Below are positions 47,798-56,520 of a stretch of 64,000 bases of DNA, piece by piece. The DNA lies in the sequence record PP680570.1, one strand, 5' to 3'. Below the pieces are notes generated by a model, which was not told the DNA's origin, made no database searches, and saw only the letters and a list, made by a program, of their open reading frames with translations. The translations under genes were made by a program, and so were the position numbers. This stretch comes from Enterococcus phage VRE9_4. The first letter of the stretch is position 1, and each line of letters starts with the position of its first letter.

Positions 47798-48922
47798 TTA
47801 CTTTCCGTCGTTATTTATAGCTTCAGTATAACGTTCTTTTTGTGATACGTCTTCTAAGTATTTTTCTCGACATTCATCGCACAAATGCGACAATACTTCA
47901 TTATCTGTATCAGACCAAGGAACGGTCCCTTTGTCTAAAAAGCAAAATTCGCATTGTTCAACTTCTTTTTTTTTATTACGACTTTTATAGGGAATAAAAC
48001 TCGTTTCATCATCGTTATAATTTAGATAATCCGATTCATCATAAACGTCTTCATCTCCCCAGTAACAATAAGAACCATTTTGGTAATAGTTAGAATATCC
48101 ATAATTACCATATCCAGCATAAGAATCTTCTTTATACTCATAAAATTTAGGATTTTGATATTGATCTTCTAAAATTTCCTTTACTTTTCTCTGAGTCTTA
48201 TACATTTCGTTAATATAAATACGTTCATAACATGTATGTTCATCCATATAGCCTGCAGATAAATTTACTCCTGCGAAACCAAATTCAGGACAAACTTGAC
48301 AAATATCTGTATAAGATCCATTGTGAGTTTTGAAACCAAAGCTGTTAATATATTCTTCAAAATCTATATTATCTAAATAATAATAGACAGACTCTCCAAA
48401 GCCTTTACGATCCAATTGAATAGCGAAATTAATCTCTGTCAAGGCTGTTTGCACATCTTCTCCAAAATAATTTTCTACATTTTTTGTAAAGAAACTAGAC
48501 CCAATAGTTCCAATTTCCTCATCCCAACAAAATAATACATGAGGACGATAACCTTGTGTTAGCATATCTAAAATGCTAAAAACCCCACAACGGTCATCCC
48601 CACCAATGCCATCGGGACACCATAAAACATTTTTTTCTTTATCATGGAAAATAGTTTCCTCTGTTGGAGCTACTGTATGGACTGTATCTAAATGAGCCAA
48701 CATAAGAACAGGAATATCTCCTTTAGCATAAATAAAACTACCATCAACACGATAAATATCTCTAGAATCATACATTGATTCTATTTGACCTAATAAATAA
48801 AAATGAAGTCCCTCTTGTGTCATTTGTAAAATGTTTTTGAAGGTTTGTAAACCTAATTCTTTCTTTTGCATTTTATAAAATTCCCCCTTTTTTAATAATC
48901 CCAACCATCTTCGTCGTCCCAA
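47798..48922 (-). CDS. M42/M28-like dinuclear-zinc aminopeptidase homolog with Tyr/Asn/acidic-rich tail and C-terminal zinc ribbon
   Basis: 'LMLAHLDTVH', 'GIGGDDRCGV', 'WDEEIGTIGS', 'IQLDRKG', then 'CEFCF...CDEC'. Confidence 0.5.
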   Translation of the reverse strand: MGRRRWLGLLKKGEFYKMQKKELGLQTFKNILQMTQEGLHFYLLGQIESMYDSRDIYRVDGSFIYAKGDIPVLMLAHLDTVHTVAPTEETIFHDKEKNVLWCPDGIGGDDRCGVFSILDMLTQGYRPHVLFCWDEEIGTIGSSFFTKNVENYFGEDVQTALTEINFAIQLDRKGFGESVYYYLDNIDFEEYINSFGFKTHNGSYTDICQVCPEFGFAGVNLSAGYMDEHTCYERIYINEMYKTQRKVKEILEDQYQNPKFYEYKEDSYAGYGNYGYSNYYQNGSYCYWGDEDVYDESDYLNYNDDETSFIPYKSRNKKKEVEQCEFCFLDKGTVPWSDTDNEVLSHLCDECREKYLEDVSQKERYTEAINNDGK

Positions 48923-50091
48923 TATTCATCTTCGTCATAGTAAGCCTCTTCGTCAAAAAGACCTCCAGCTTCAATTGATCCATCAATAAAGAAATTACAA
49001 GTTGGACTTATAACTGAATCAACGCCTACTTCGAAACGAACATTGCATAATTCAGTTTCATCAGTTTCGTCATAAAAATCCTTATTGAAATGTTTTCTTA
49101 AAATATTTTCAGAATTATTTTCTCCTTCAACATTGTATTTTTGTTTGTCTAAAATAATCATTGGAACTTTACTCATAGCTCCATGTGTAATATCATTATA
49201 GTGAATTTCACTACTTTCTCTAATAGTATCTTCTGCATCAGAAGAATCAATAAATCCATAGGCAACATTATCTTCTCCAAAAGTATCTACAAATAATTTA
49301 CGTAAAGCTTTAGTATTATTTTTATTAACTCCTGGATATGAGCGAGATAAAAAGATAGCATCTAACTCTGTATTGAACATGCCCATTCTACGCCAAATTT
49401 TATCTGGGATACTATCTTGACTTCCTAAAATGATTTGACAAATAAAACTTGAACCATCTAGTAAATAAGAAACTGGTCCAGCCCCATAACAACCATCAAT
49501 AATAGAATGACAAGAAGACCATTCTCTGGTTTTGTTTACAGACATCATTAAAATATCAAGGGGATCAATAGAAACTTCTAAAACTCCACGAGCCAATAAT
49601 GATTCATTAAAAGCTGATAGATAAATTTGTATTTGGTTAACTAGTTTTTTATTTTTTAAAACACGCTTAAGAGATTTAGAAATTTTTGCTCCAGCTTGAA
49701 ATGATTCACCTAAAATTTCTTTATTTGTCATAAAACGGTTTTTTTGTAACTCTTCTAAAGAAAAACTACTAAAATAAAGTGCTATAATTTTCCCTTCGTT
49801 TTCTTCCATAGTCATTGATTTAACTTTAGACAAAAATGAAGAATAAAAAGCATCTTTAATTTCTGAATTTGACAATGCGTTTTCAACGCTTCCTTCTAGT
49901 CTTAGTTTGTTTCCAAATTTCTGAAAAATAGGAAATTTTGCTTGAGCCCAATCTCTTGCCCATGCTCGTCTAGTATCTGTATCGAAACCACCATTGATGC
50001 TATATAAAATATTATCAATTTCTTCCCAAGATTTTTTCATCATTGGTTCCATCAATTTTAATTTTTCTTCGATAGTATATGTTTTTTTCAT
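48892..50091 (-). CDS. Paralog B of the Cys-motif family (399 aa) with poly-acidic/aromatic C-terminus
   Basis: 'LEVSIDPLDILMMSVNKTREWSSCHS...DGSSFI...IWRRMGMF...LSRSYPGVNKNN'. C-terminus DEEAYYDEDEYWDDEDGWDY. Confidence 0.5.
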   Translation of the reverse strand: MKKTYTIEEKLKLMEPMMKKSWEEIDNILYSINGGFDTDTRRAWARDWAQAKFPIFQKFGNKLRLEGSVENALSNSEIKDAFYSSFLSKVKSMTMEENEGKIIALYFSSFSLEELQKNRFMTNKEILGESFQAGAKISKSLKRVLKNKKLVNQIQIYLSAFNESLLARGVLEVSIDPLDILMMSVNKTREWSSCHSIIDGCYGAGPVSYLLDGSSFICQIILGSQDSIPDKIWRRMGMFNTELDAIFLSRSYPGVNKNNTKALRKLFVDTFGEDNVAYGFIDSSDAEDTIRESSEIHYNDITHGAMSKVPMIILDKQKYNVEGENNSENILRKHFNKDFYDETDETELCNVRFEVGVDSVISPTCNFFIDGSIEAGGLFDEEAYYDEDEYWDDEDGWDY

Positions 50092-50118
50092 TGCAAAATC
50101 TCCCTTTTTTTTATTTTA

Positions 50119-50361
50119 TTATTGTAAATTAAAATTTACTCCTTGCTCTGTTAAAAAATATTTTCGAGGAGTATCTGAAGTTTTGTCTACCAACCCTTTT
50201 TTATTCAATGAAGTCAATACACCTGGAACACCATTAGGCATCATAAATGCTAATTCTGCCACACGTTTAGAAAACACTGCATCTTCTTCTTTGTCAATAT
50301 GAGCTTCTTGTAAAGCTTTTAAAACTTGCGTACCTTTTTCTGTTAATTTAATTTCTTCCAT
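50119..50361 (-). CDS. Small MarR/PadR-like winged-helix protein (80 aa), first gene after a strong promoter
   Basis: 'VLTSLNKKGLVDKTSDTPRKYFLTEQG' wing-like segment. Paralogous to the C-terminus of 53608..53976. Confidence 0.45.
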   Translation of the reverse strand: MEEIKLTEKGTQVLKALQEAHIDKEEDAVFSKRVAELAFMMPNGVPGVLTSLNKKGLVDKTSDTPRKYFLTEQGVNFNLQ

Positions 50362-50497
50362 TTAAAATCCGCTCCTATTTTTTATTTATTAACTCATTTT
50401 CTATAATATAATTATAACAAATTGAACTAACTTTTTCAAATTGTTATTTCTCATAAGCTATTTTATCTTTTTGTTTCTTTCATTTAACTTATAATTA

Positions 50498-50526
50498 ATT
50501 ATATCATCTAATATATAAAAATTCAA
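50498..50526 (-). promoter_or_regulatory. Promoter TTGAAT-17-TGaTATAAT + TAATTATAAGTTAAA leader (80-aa winged-helix gene); -35 overlaps upstream terminator
   Basis: TTGAATttttatatattagatgaTATAAT. Confidence 0.55.
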
Positions 50527-50557
50527 ATAAAAAATCCCAATCGTCTAGATTGGGATT
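50523..50557 (-). terminator. Collagen-like-gene terminator AATCCCAATC-gtcta-GATTGGGATT
   Basis: 10-bp stem with a U-rich tract. Confidence 0.6.
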
Positions 50558-50570
50558 AATTTTAAATAAT

Positions 50571-50912
50571 TTATGCGCCAGCTTGACTAACTGTAATTTC
50601 AATTGTAGATTGATCAGAAAGAGTAGCTGTTCCTCCAGTTACTTGACCACCTTCATTTGTTCTTAAAGCAATAGCTGTAATAGATTTTCCATCTTCCCCT
50701 TTTGCTCCAGGAACTCCTTGGTCTCCTTTAGGTCCTGCAGGTCCGACAGGTCCAGTTTCCCCAGCAGGTCCAGCAGGTCCAGTTTCACCTGGTTCCCCTT
50801 TATCTCCCTTAGGTCCTTTTTGCTCTTGTAAGAAATCTACTAAAGAAGCAAATGATTCCTGTGTCATAGTTTTCCCAGCGGCAAATAATGCTTTAATTTG
50901 TTCTGCGCTCAT
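50571..50912 (-). CDS. Short collagen-like repeat protein (113 aa)
   Basis: 15 consecutive G-X-Y triplets ([43 protein letters not shown]). Confidence 0.6.
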   Translation of the reverse strand: MSAEQIKALFAAGKTMTQESFASLVDFLQEQKGPKGDKGEPGETGPAGPAGETGPVGPAGPKGDQGVPGAKGEDGKSITAIALRTNEGGQVTGGTATLSDQSTIEITVSQAGA

Positions 50913-50974
50913 TTTATTTCCTCCTATTTTTTAAATATATTTGAGAGTTTATCTCTTTTTATTATGAAAAAGTC

Positions 50975-51190
50975 TTATTCTGCTTTTCCAACTTTTGCCT
51001 TACCTACTATAGCTTTTCCCACAATAGGTTCCTCACCTGAGTCCTCTTCTTTTTTATAAGCAATAGCTTTATCAGTGGGACAAATCATATAATAGAAATC
51101 TTCCATCTTGTTTTTACGATAATTGACAACCATATAATTTTCTTCATATTCTCGTCCGCAATGAGAACATACATAAATATCTTTTTTCAT
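50975..51190 (-). CDS. Zinc-ribbon protein with C-terminal VGKAIVGKAKVGKA repeat (paralog of 35401..35655)
   Basis: 'CSHCGREYE...CPTDKA'. C-terminus 'IVGKAIVGKAKVGKAE'. DNA-level similarity to the other copy. Confidence 0.45.
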   Translation of the reverse strand: MKKDIYVCSHCGREYEENYMVVNYRKNKMEDFYYMICPTDKAIAYKKEEDSGEEPIVGKAIVGKAKVGKAE

Positions 51191-51287
51191 TCTCTTTCCT
51201 CCTTTTGGTAATCGCTAATATTATTAAAAAGACCTAATTTGAAACAATAAAATAAAGCCCTATTATAAAATAGGGCTTTAAATCATA

Positions 51288-53159
51288 TTATTCTTTTACT
51301 TCGTCAGTTAATAAGAAATCAATAAATTCTTTATTAATAGGATTGTCTCCAGTCAAACGAAATTCAAAGGAACTATCTTCAAGAGGCTCCCATGAAAAAC
51401 CTAAAGAATCTAAAATAATTTTAGTTTTTAATTGAAATTCTTCTTCCCGATTTTCACATTTGAAAATATAATCCTTTAAAATTTTAAAGCAATCTTTTTT
51501 AGATGCACCTAATTCTTGATACTGTCTGAAAGTTTCATTCATTTTCCAAGCTTCATCAAGAATGTTTGGCAATTCCTGAGAAAAGATTTCTTTCCATTCA
51601 TCAGAATTAATATCTTCTTCATCCTCATGATATTTTCCATCAACTCTCCAAATAAAGCAGTCATGGATACAAGCAGTTGCTCCATCTGACAATTCTACAA
51701 CATCTTCTTGAAGAATATAACTATCAAGAGTTTCACACCATGCAGCATCAGAATTCAAGATATATTCCTCTAAATAATCTGAGTAAGTAGCATCTTTTGC
51801 ATAAACCCAAGAGTCTTCTTTAGATCCAATGGCATGAACAGCTTCTTCACTCCAAATATTTTGTCCTTCTTTAGTAGACCAAACGGTTTCTTCTCCACAA
51901 TATTCGCAAACATAGACGATATCTCCAAAAATATCTAATACTCGAATACCATAATCTTCATCAAAACGTTCTTCACAACATGGACAGATTGATCTTGAAC
52001 CATAGTAGCATTCTTCACAAAGACCTGAGGAACTTGCAGGATCATCTTTAGAGCCACATTCGAGACAAACAAAAGTACTTTGTGCATTAATTGGGATAGT
52101 TTTACCTTCTTCAGCTTGGAAAATAACCGGAGATCGTAAACCTCGAATTGCATCATTCCAGTTGAAAGCATCTACATAACCATATTCATTACAATCTGAA
52201 CCATTTCTCCAACGAAAACGAGTTAAATTTTCTTCAATTTGGTTAATTTTCGCATTACCTTCCCAACCTAATAAAGATAAAGTTGCATTACTAATCATAT
52301 TTTGCAACCCATTATTCAAACGAGGATATCCTTTTTGAGATAAAAGAACTGGAACAGTTTCTTCTTCATAGTCAACTTCAGAAACGAACATCATTTGACG
52401 CCATACTTTTGGAGCTAAATAACCAAATTCTTCTAAATCTTTTTCCATTACAGTAAAACCAACAAAAGCGTCTGGTCCAACCATATAACCTAGTGTACCA
52501 TTGTTGTATTCACCTTCGTCAGGATGCATACATGAACGCCAACTATTACCATAACTAATTAAGAATAAATCTTCTGGTCTGATAGATAGAACAATTTTTC
52601 GTCCATCAAAATTTGCTCCCGAAGCAAAACTAGCCATCTCCCCACCAATAATTTTATTTTTAATATCAGAAACAGCTTCTTTTACTCCTTTAACTGAAGA
52701 AATGTTCTGAGCAGTTAATACCGACATATCAACTAAAGAGTTTAAAACTTTAGTTAAACGTTGTCCATGGAAAGGTAACATTTTAAATTCATCTTTCATA
52801 ATTACCTTTTTATTTTCAACTCTAATTTTGTCTAAAGTATTACAAACCGATGTTTTAAAAACGTCAATGAAATTATAAGAAATATTCAAACCACGTAAAT
52901 CAGAATATAATTCATCTTCTACATAATTTTTCATTTCTTCAAATGAAAATTCTTCCATAAAATCTTTGAAATCTTTAGGATCTAAAACAATTCTTCCATT
53001 TGTTCCATCAAAGATTTTTTGTAGATAAGAGTTTTTCATTTCCATTCCTTTTGCGTAATAATCTAAATATTGTGAGTCAGATAATGAACCCCACTCATAA
53101 AATTCATTAAAGATTTCTTTTAAATTTGCTTTAACCTCTTCAACGTTATAATTTAGCAT
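51288..53159 (-). CDS. Paralog C of the Cys-motif family (623 aa) with multiple internal CxxC zinc ribbons
   Basis: 'IVLSIRPEDLFLISYGNSWRSCMHP...PDAFVGF...VWRQMMFV...LLSQKGYPRLNNG'. 'CLECGS...CEECYYGSRSICPCCEE...CEYCGEE'. Confidence 0.5.
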   Translation of the reverse strand: MLNYNVEEVKANLKEIFNEFYEWGSLSDSQYLDYYAKGMEMKNSYLQKIFDGTNGRIVLDPKDFKDFMEEFSFEEMKNYVEDELYSDLRGLNISYNFIDVFKTSVCNTLDKIRVENKKVIMKDEFKMLPFHGQRLTKVLNSLVDMSVLTAQNISSVKGVKEAVSDIKNKIIGGEMASFASGANFDGRKIVLSIRPEDLFLISYGNSWRSCMHPDEGEYNNGTLGYMVGPDAFVGFTVMEKDLEEFGYLAPKVWRQMMFVSEVDYEEETVPVLLSQKGYPRLNNGLQNMISNATLSLLGWEGNAKINQIEENLTRFRWRNGSDCNEYGYVDAFNWNDAIRGLRSPVIFQAEEGKTIPINAQSTFVCLECGSKDDPASSSGLCEECYYGSRSICPCCEERFDEDYGIRVLDIFGDIVYVCEYCGEETVWSTKEGQNIWSEEAVHAIGSKEDSWVYAKDATYSDYLEEYILNSDAAWCETLDSYILQEDVVELSDGATACIHDCFIWRVDGKYHEDEEDINSDEWKEIFSQELPNILDEAWKMNETFRQYQELGASKKDCFKILKDYIFKCENREEEFQLKTKIILDSLGFSWEPLEDSSFEFRLTGDNPINKEFIDFLLTDEVKE

Positions 53160-53194
53160 AAATGAAAAACTCCCTTTCTTTAACTTATATAAAT

Positions 53195-53223
53195 ATTATA
53201 TCATTTTAAAAATTACTTTTCAA
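53195..53223 (-). promoter_or_regulatory. Promoter TTGAAA-17-TGaTATAAT (623-aa gene) in the divergent hub
   Basis: TTGAAAagtaatttttaaaatgaTATAAT. Confidence 0.5.
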
Positions 53224-53461
53224 ATAATGTTTTTAAAATCTAAACTTTATTTGAAGTTTCGTTTCTAAAACTTGATTACAAAACTATTATATAATTTTAA
53301 AAAAAGTTTTTCAACCAAGAGCAACGAAAGGTTTAGCCTCTAGTCAAAAACATATTTGATTTTTTTTGTTTAATATATATTTTTATAAATATTTTTTTAT
53401 TTAAAAAGGAAGTTTTTTGTTCATGTATTACAAATCCGCTCCCCATTATCGCTCTCTTGGG

Positions 53462-53490
53462 TTGACTTTATTATATTTAATATATATAAT
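53462..53490 (+). promoter_or_regulatory. Promoter TTGACT-17-TATAAT (distal of two tandem + strand promoters)
   Basis: TTGACTttattatatttaatataTATAAT. Confidence 0.55.
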
Positions 53491-53528
53491 TAATATAGAG
53501 TTTTGAGTAATCTTAAGAGTAAAAATTC

Positions 53529-53557
53529 TTGACTTTTTGATTATTATATGTTATAAT
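53529..53557 (+). promoter_or_regulatory. Promoter TTGACT-17-TGtTATAAT + TAATTATAAAGATAAA leader (proximal; 53608 gene)
   Basis: TTGACTttttgattattatatgtTATAAT. Confidence 0.6.
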
Positions 53558-53607
53558 TAATTATAAAGATAAATAAAGAACTAAAATTTGAAGGAGTGTA
53601 TTTTTAA

Positions 53608-53976
53608 ATGAAAGAAGAAATTATTAAAAAATTTATGAACGCCTTAAACATTTCAAGAGAAGCAGCTTTGGAGTTATACGACTATGATGAACGAGTAGAA
53701 AAAAGTAATAAGCCTGTAGAAGGAGAAATTATAGTTAAAAAGACTCCTAAAACTTCAAAGAAAAAAGGTATTCAAAAAGAAGAATTAGATGCAATGAAAG
53801 ATTTGTTGTCTAAAATGTTCCCTAATGGAGAAGAGTTTAAAAATAATCAATTATCTCCATTATGCGAAGAATTAAATTTAACCAACAGACAAACTCCTTC
53901 AAGATTAAAAGCATTAAAAGAAGAAGGTTTCTTAGAAGACTTAGGTGGTTCACCTAAAAAATATAAGATTAAATAA
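53608..53976 (+). CDS. Winged-helix (MarR/PadR-like) DNA-binding protein, first gene of the + strand early operon
   Basis: C-terminus 'LSPLCEELNLTNRQTPSRLKALKEEGFLEDLGGSPKKYKI'. Two tandem consensus promoters upstream. Confidence 0.45.
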   Translation: MKEEIIKKFMNALNISREAALELYDYDERVEKSNKPVEGEIIVKKTPKTSKKKGIQKEELDAMKDLLSKMFPNGEEFKNNQLSPLCEELNLTNRQTPSRLKALKEEGFLEDLGGSPKKYKIK

Positions 53977-54060
53977 GACAGAATGTCTTGGTTTTTTCAG
54001 AGAAACTTTCTTATATTGAGTTTTAAATAAACTACCGATATAGGAGAGGATGAAAGTTTT

Positions 54061-56193
54061 ATGTTAAATGTAATGAAAAAAGATGGTCATATTGAAGTTT
54101 TTGATACGAAGAAAATTCAGGAGGCAATTTTAGCTTCTGCAAGGAAAATTCTTTCTAACGAAGAAGAATATGATATGCAGCAAAAAGCTTTAATTATTGC
54201 GAATGAGGTAACTCGTTTCTTAAATTCAACTGAAGATGAAAATGCAGTTATTATGACATCTAAAATTCATAATGTTGTTCTTGAGATTCTGTCTAAGGAA
54301 TGGGAAGTTGTTGGAGCTTCTTATGGGATGTATAGAAATTATAGAAAACAAATGGCTAAAACATTTTTAAAAAGTTATGAGGAATCCGAAACTGTTCTTC
54401 ATGATGGAGATAAAGAAAATGCTAACAAAGACAGTGATTTGAATAGTACAAAACAAGCCTTAATTGCAAACAATAATATGCGTGGTTATATGGAAACATT
54501 TGAAATGGATAAAGATTGGATTGAAGCTCATAAACAAGGTTGGATACACATCCATGACTTGGCAGAGCGTTATTTACGCCAGCAAAATTGTTGTTTGTTT
54601 AACATGGCAGGTTTATTAGATGGTGGTTTTCAATTAAATGGAACAGTTTATGCAGAACCTAAACATTTTGATTCTGCTATTAATGTAGTAGGAGATGTTA
54701 CTTTATTTGCTTCTGCACAGCAATATGGTGGTTTTACTATTCCTGAGATAGATACTGTTTTAGCTAAATATGCTGAAAAAAGTTATCAATCGAACTTAAA
54801 ATTTATTTTAGATAAATTTGGGAGTATTACCAATGAAAATATTATGGAAACGCTAGAACAAACAGCTTATGACATGACTGTTAGAGAGCTAGAACAAGGA
54901 TTCCAAGGCTTTGAAACAAAATTAAATACAATTAGTAATTCTTTAGGACAAATCCCTTTTGTAACAATTACTTTTGGCTTGGATACGACCCAATGGGGGA
55001 GAGAAATTTCTAAAGCTATTTTGAATGTACGAATTAAAGGAATTGGAGAAAATAAATCAACAGCCGTATTTCCTAAATTATCTTTTTTACATAGAGAGGA
55101 AATTAATGGAAGTCCAGAATCTCCTAACTATGACATTAAACAATTAGGAATTCAATGTTCTCGATTAAGACTATACCCTGATTGGTTATCACTAGATAGT
55201 GGAAACCTTGCAGAAGTATATGAAAGATCTAATCAAGTTGTATCTGGGATGGGTTGTAGGGCATATTTAAGTCCATTCTGGGATGAACAAGGAAACGAAA
55301 TTTATACTGGACGATCTAATATTGGAGCTGTTACGTTGAACCTTCCTAAAATTGGCTTAGAGTCAAAAGGAGATTGGAATAAATTTTTTGATCTAATAGA
55401 TAAATATTCTGATATTGTTTTTGCTATTCATGAAGATTACTATACTAAAATTAGTAAAACAAAAGGCTCTTCTAATCCTCTATATTTTTGTGAAGGTGGA
55501 GCTTGGACAAAAGTAGGCTATGATGAAGAAGTTGGAAAAATATATGAAGCTTCAACTGCTTCATTAGGATATATTGGAATTTATGAAACATTAAAAGCAA
55601 TGGATGTTCCAAAAGAGGAATATCTTAAATACGGAACTAAAATTGTTGCATATTTGAAAAAATTAACAGAAAAAGCTACAATTAATTATAATCATTTATA
55701 TGCACTTTATTCAACCCCAGCAGAAAGTTTGTGCTATAGATTCCAGAAAATTAATCGTAAAGACTATGGGGTAATTGAAGATGTAACTGATAGAGAATAC
55801 ATTACAAATTCTTTCCATGTTCCTGTATGGGAAGATGTTAGCGTTCCTGAAAAAATTGCTTTTGAAGCACCTTTCCATAAACTTGCAACAGGTGGGCGAA
55901 TTTCTTATAATGAATTTGTTTATGGAGTAGATAATTCTGTACTAGAACAAGCAATTAATTTTGCTATGGAAAAAGGAATGTATTATGGAGTTAACGTTGT
56001 TGCAGGAACTTGTAATCAATGTGGCTATAGTGGAGATTTTCATGATAACTGTCCTAAATGTGGAACTCATGATATTACCGTAGTAACGAGAGTTTGCGGC
56101 TATCTTTCCTTTGATCAGATTCATGGTGACTCACGTTATAATCCTGGTAAACAAAAAGAAGTTAAAGAAAGAGTTAAACATAATTTCAAATAA
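54061..56193 (+). CDS. nrdD: Anaerobic ribonucleoside-triphosphate reductase (class III, NrdD)
   Basis: Glycyl-radical motif 'TRVCGYL'. Zn ribbon 'CNQCGYSGDFHDNCPKCG'. Confidence 0.85.
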   Translation: MLNVMKKDGHIEVFDTKKIQEAILASARKILSNEEEYDMQQKALIIANEVTRFLNSTEDENAVIMTSKIHNVVLEILSKEWEVVGASYGMYRNYRKQMAKTFLKSYEESETVLHDGDKENANKDSDLNSTKQALIANNNMRGYMETFEMDKDWIEAHKQGWIHIHDLAERYLRQQNCCLFNMAGLLDGGFQLNGTVYAEPKHFDSAINVVGDVTLFASAQQYGGFTIPEIDTVLAKYAEKSYQSNLKFILDKFGSITNENIMETLEQTAYDMTVRELEQGFQGFETKLNTISNSLGQIPFVTITFGLDTTQWGREISKAILNVRIKGIGENKSTAVFPKLSFLHREEINGSPESPNYDIKQLGIQCSRLRLYPDWLSLDSGNLAEVYERSNQVVSGMGCRAYLSPFWDEQGNEIYTGRSNIGAVTLNLPKIGLESKGDWNKFFDLIDKYSDIVFAIHEDYYTKISKTKGSSNPLYFCEGGAWTKVGYDEEVGKIYEASTASLGYIGIYETLKAMDVPKEEYLKYGTKIVAYLKKLTEKATINYNHLYALYSTPAESLCYRFQKINRKDYGVIEDVTDREYITNSFHVPVWEDVSVPEKIAFEAPFHKLATGGRISYNEFVYGVDNSVLEQAINFAMEKGMYYGVNVVAGTCNQCGYSGDFHDNCPKCGTHDITVVTRVCGYLSFDQIHGDSRYNPGKQKEVKERVKHNFK

Positions 56194-56205
56194 AAGGAGA
56201 AATGT

Positions 56206-56499
56206 ATGAAAGAAAAGGAACAAGAGGTTATTGAAAAGTTATATGCTTATGTATCAGAAATGGATATTGTTTTAGCAGAAAAGAAACTACAAACAATTTC
56301 TTTAATACTTTTTATTCTTATAGGAGGATATTGTTTAATCTTTTCTTGCCCTGTATTTATTAATATTGTTTCTTTATCTGGCTTAGCTTATTTTGCTTTT
56401 ACTTTATTTGCAAATTTAATGCTTGAACGACTTTTGGATAAAGAAATTTCAAAAAATGAAGTTTTATTAGAACAAATTCTTAAAAATAAAGAAAAATAA
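56206..56499 (+). CDS. Small membrane protein (2 TM)
   Basis: 'ISLILFILIGGYCLIFSCPVFINIVSLSGLAYFAFTLFANLML'. Confidence 0.4.
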   Translation: MKEKEQEVIEKLYAYVSEMDIVLAEKKLQTISLILFILIGGYCLIFSCPVFINIVSLSGLAYFAFTLFANLMLERLLDKEISKNEVLLEQILKNKEK

Positions 56500-56520
56500 A
56501 AAGGAAGGAAGTTTTTTAAA

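Noticed and set aside
46766-53159. Idea that the three Cys-motif paralogs are divergent thymidylate-synthase/dNMP-hydroxymethylase-fold enzymes (PC(H) motif, D..F(L) about 20 aa after Cys), or R-S-E ADP-ribosyltransferases
   Set aside because: Motif order and spacing only loosely resemble ThyA ('RRxIhxxWN...PCH' is not matched, and W precedes rather than follows). R-to-STS spacing is far too short for ARTs. Left as unknown family.
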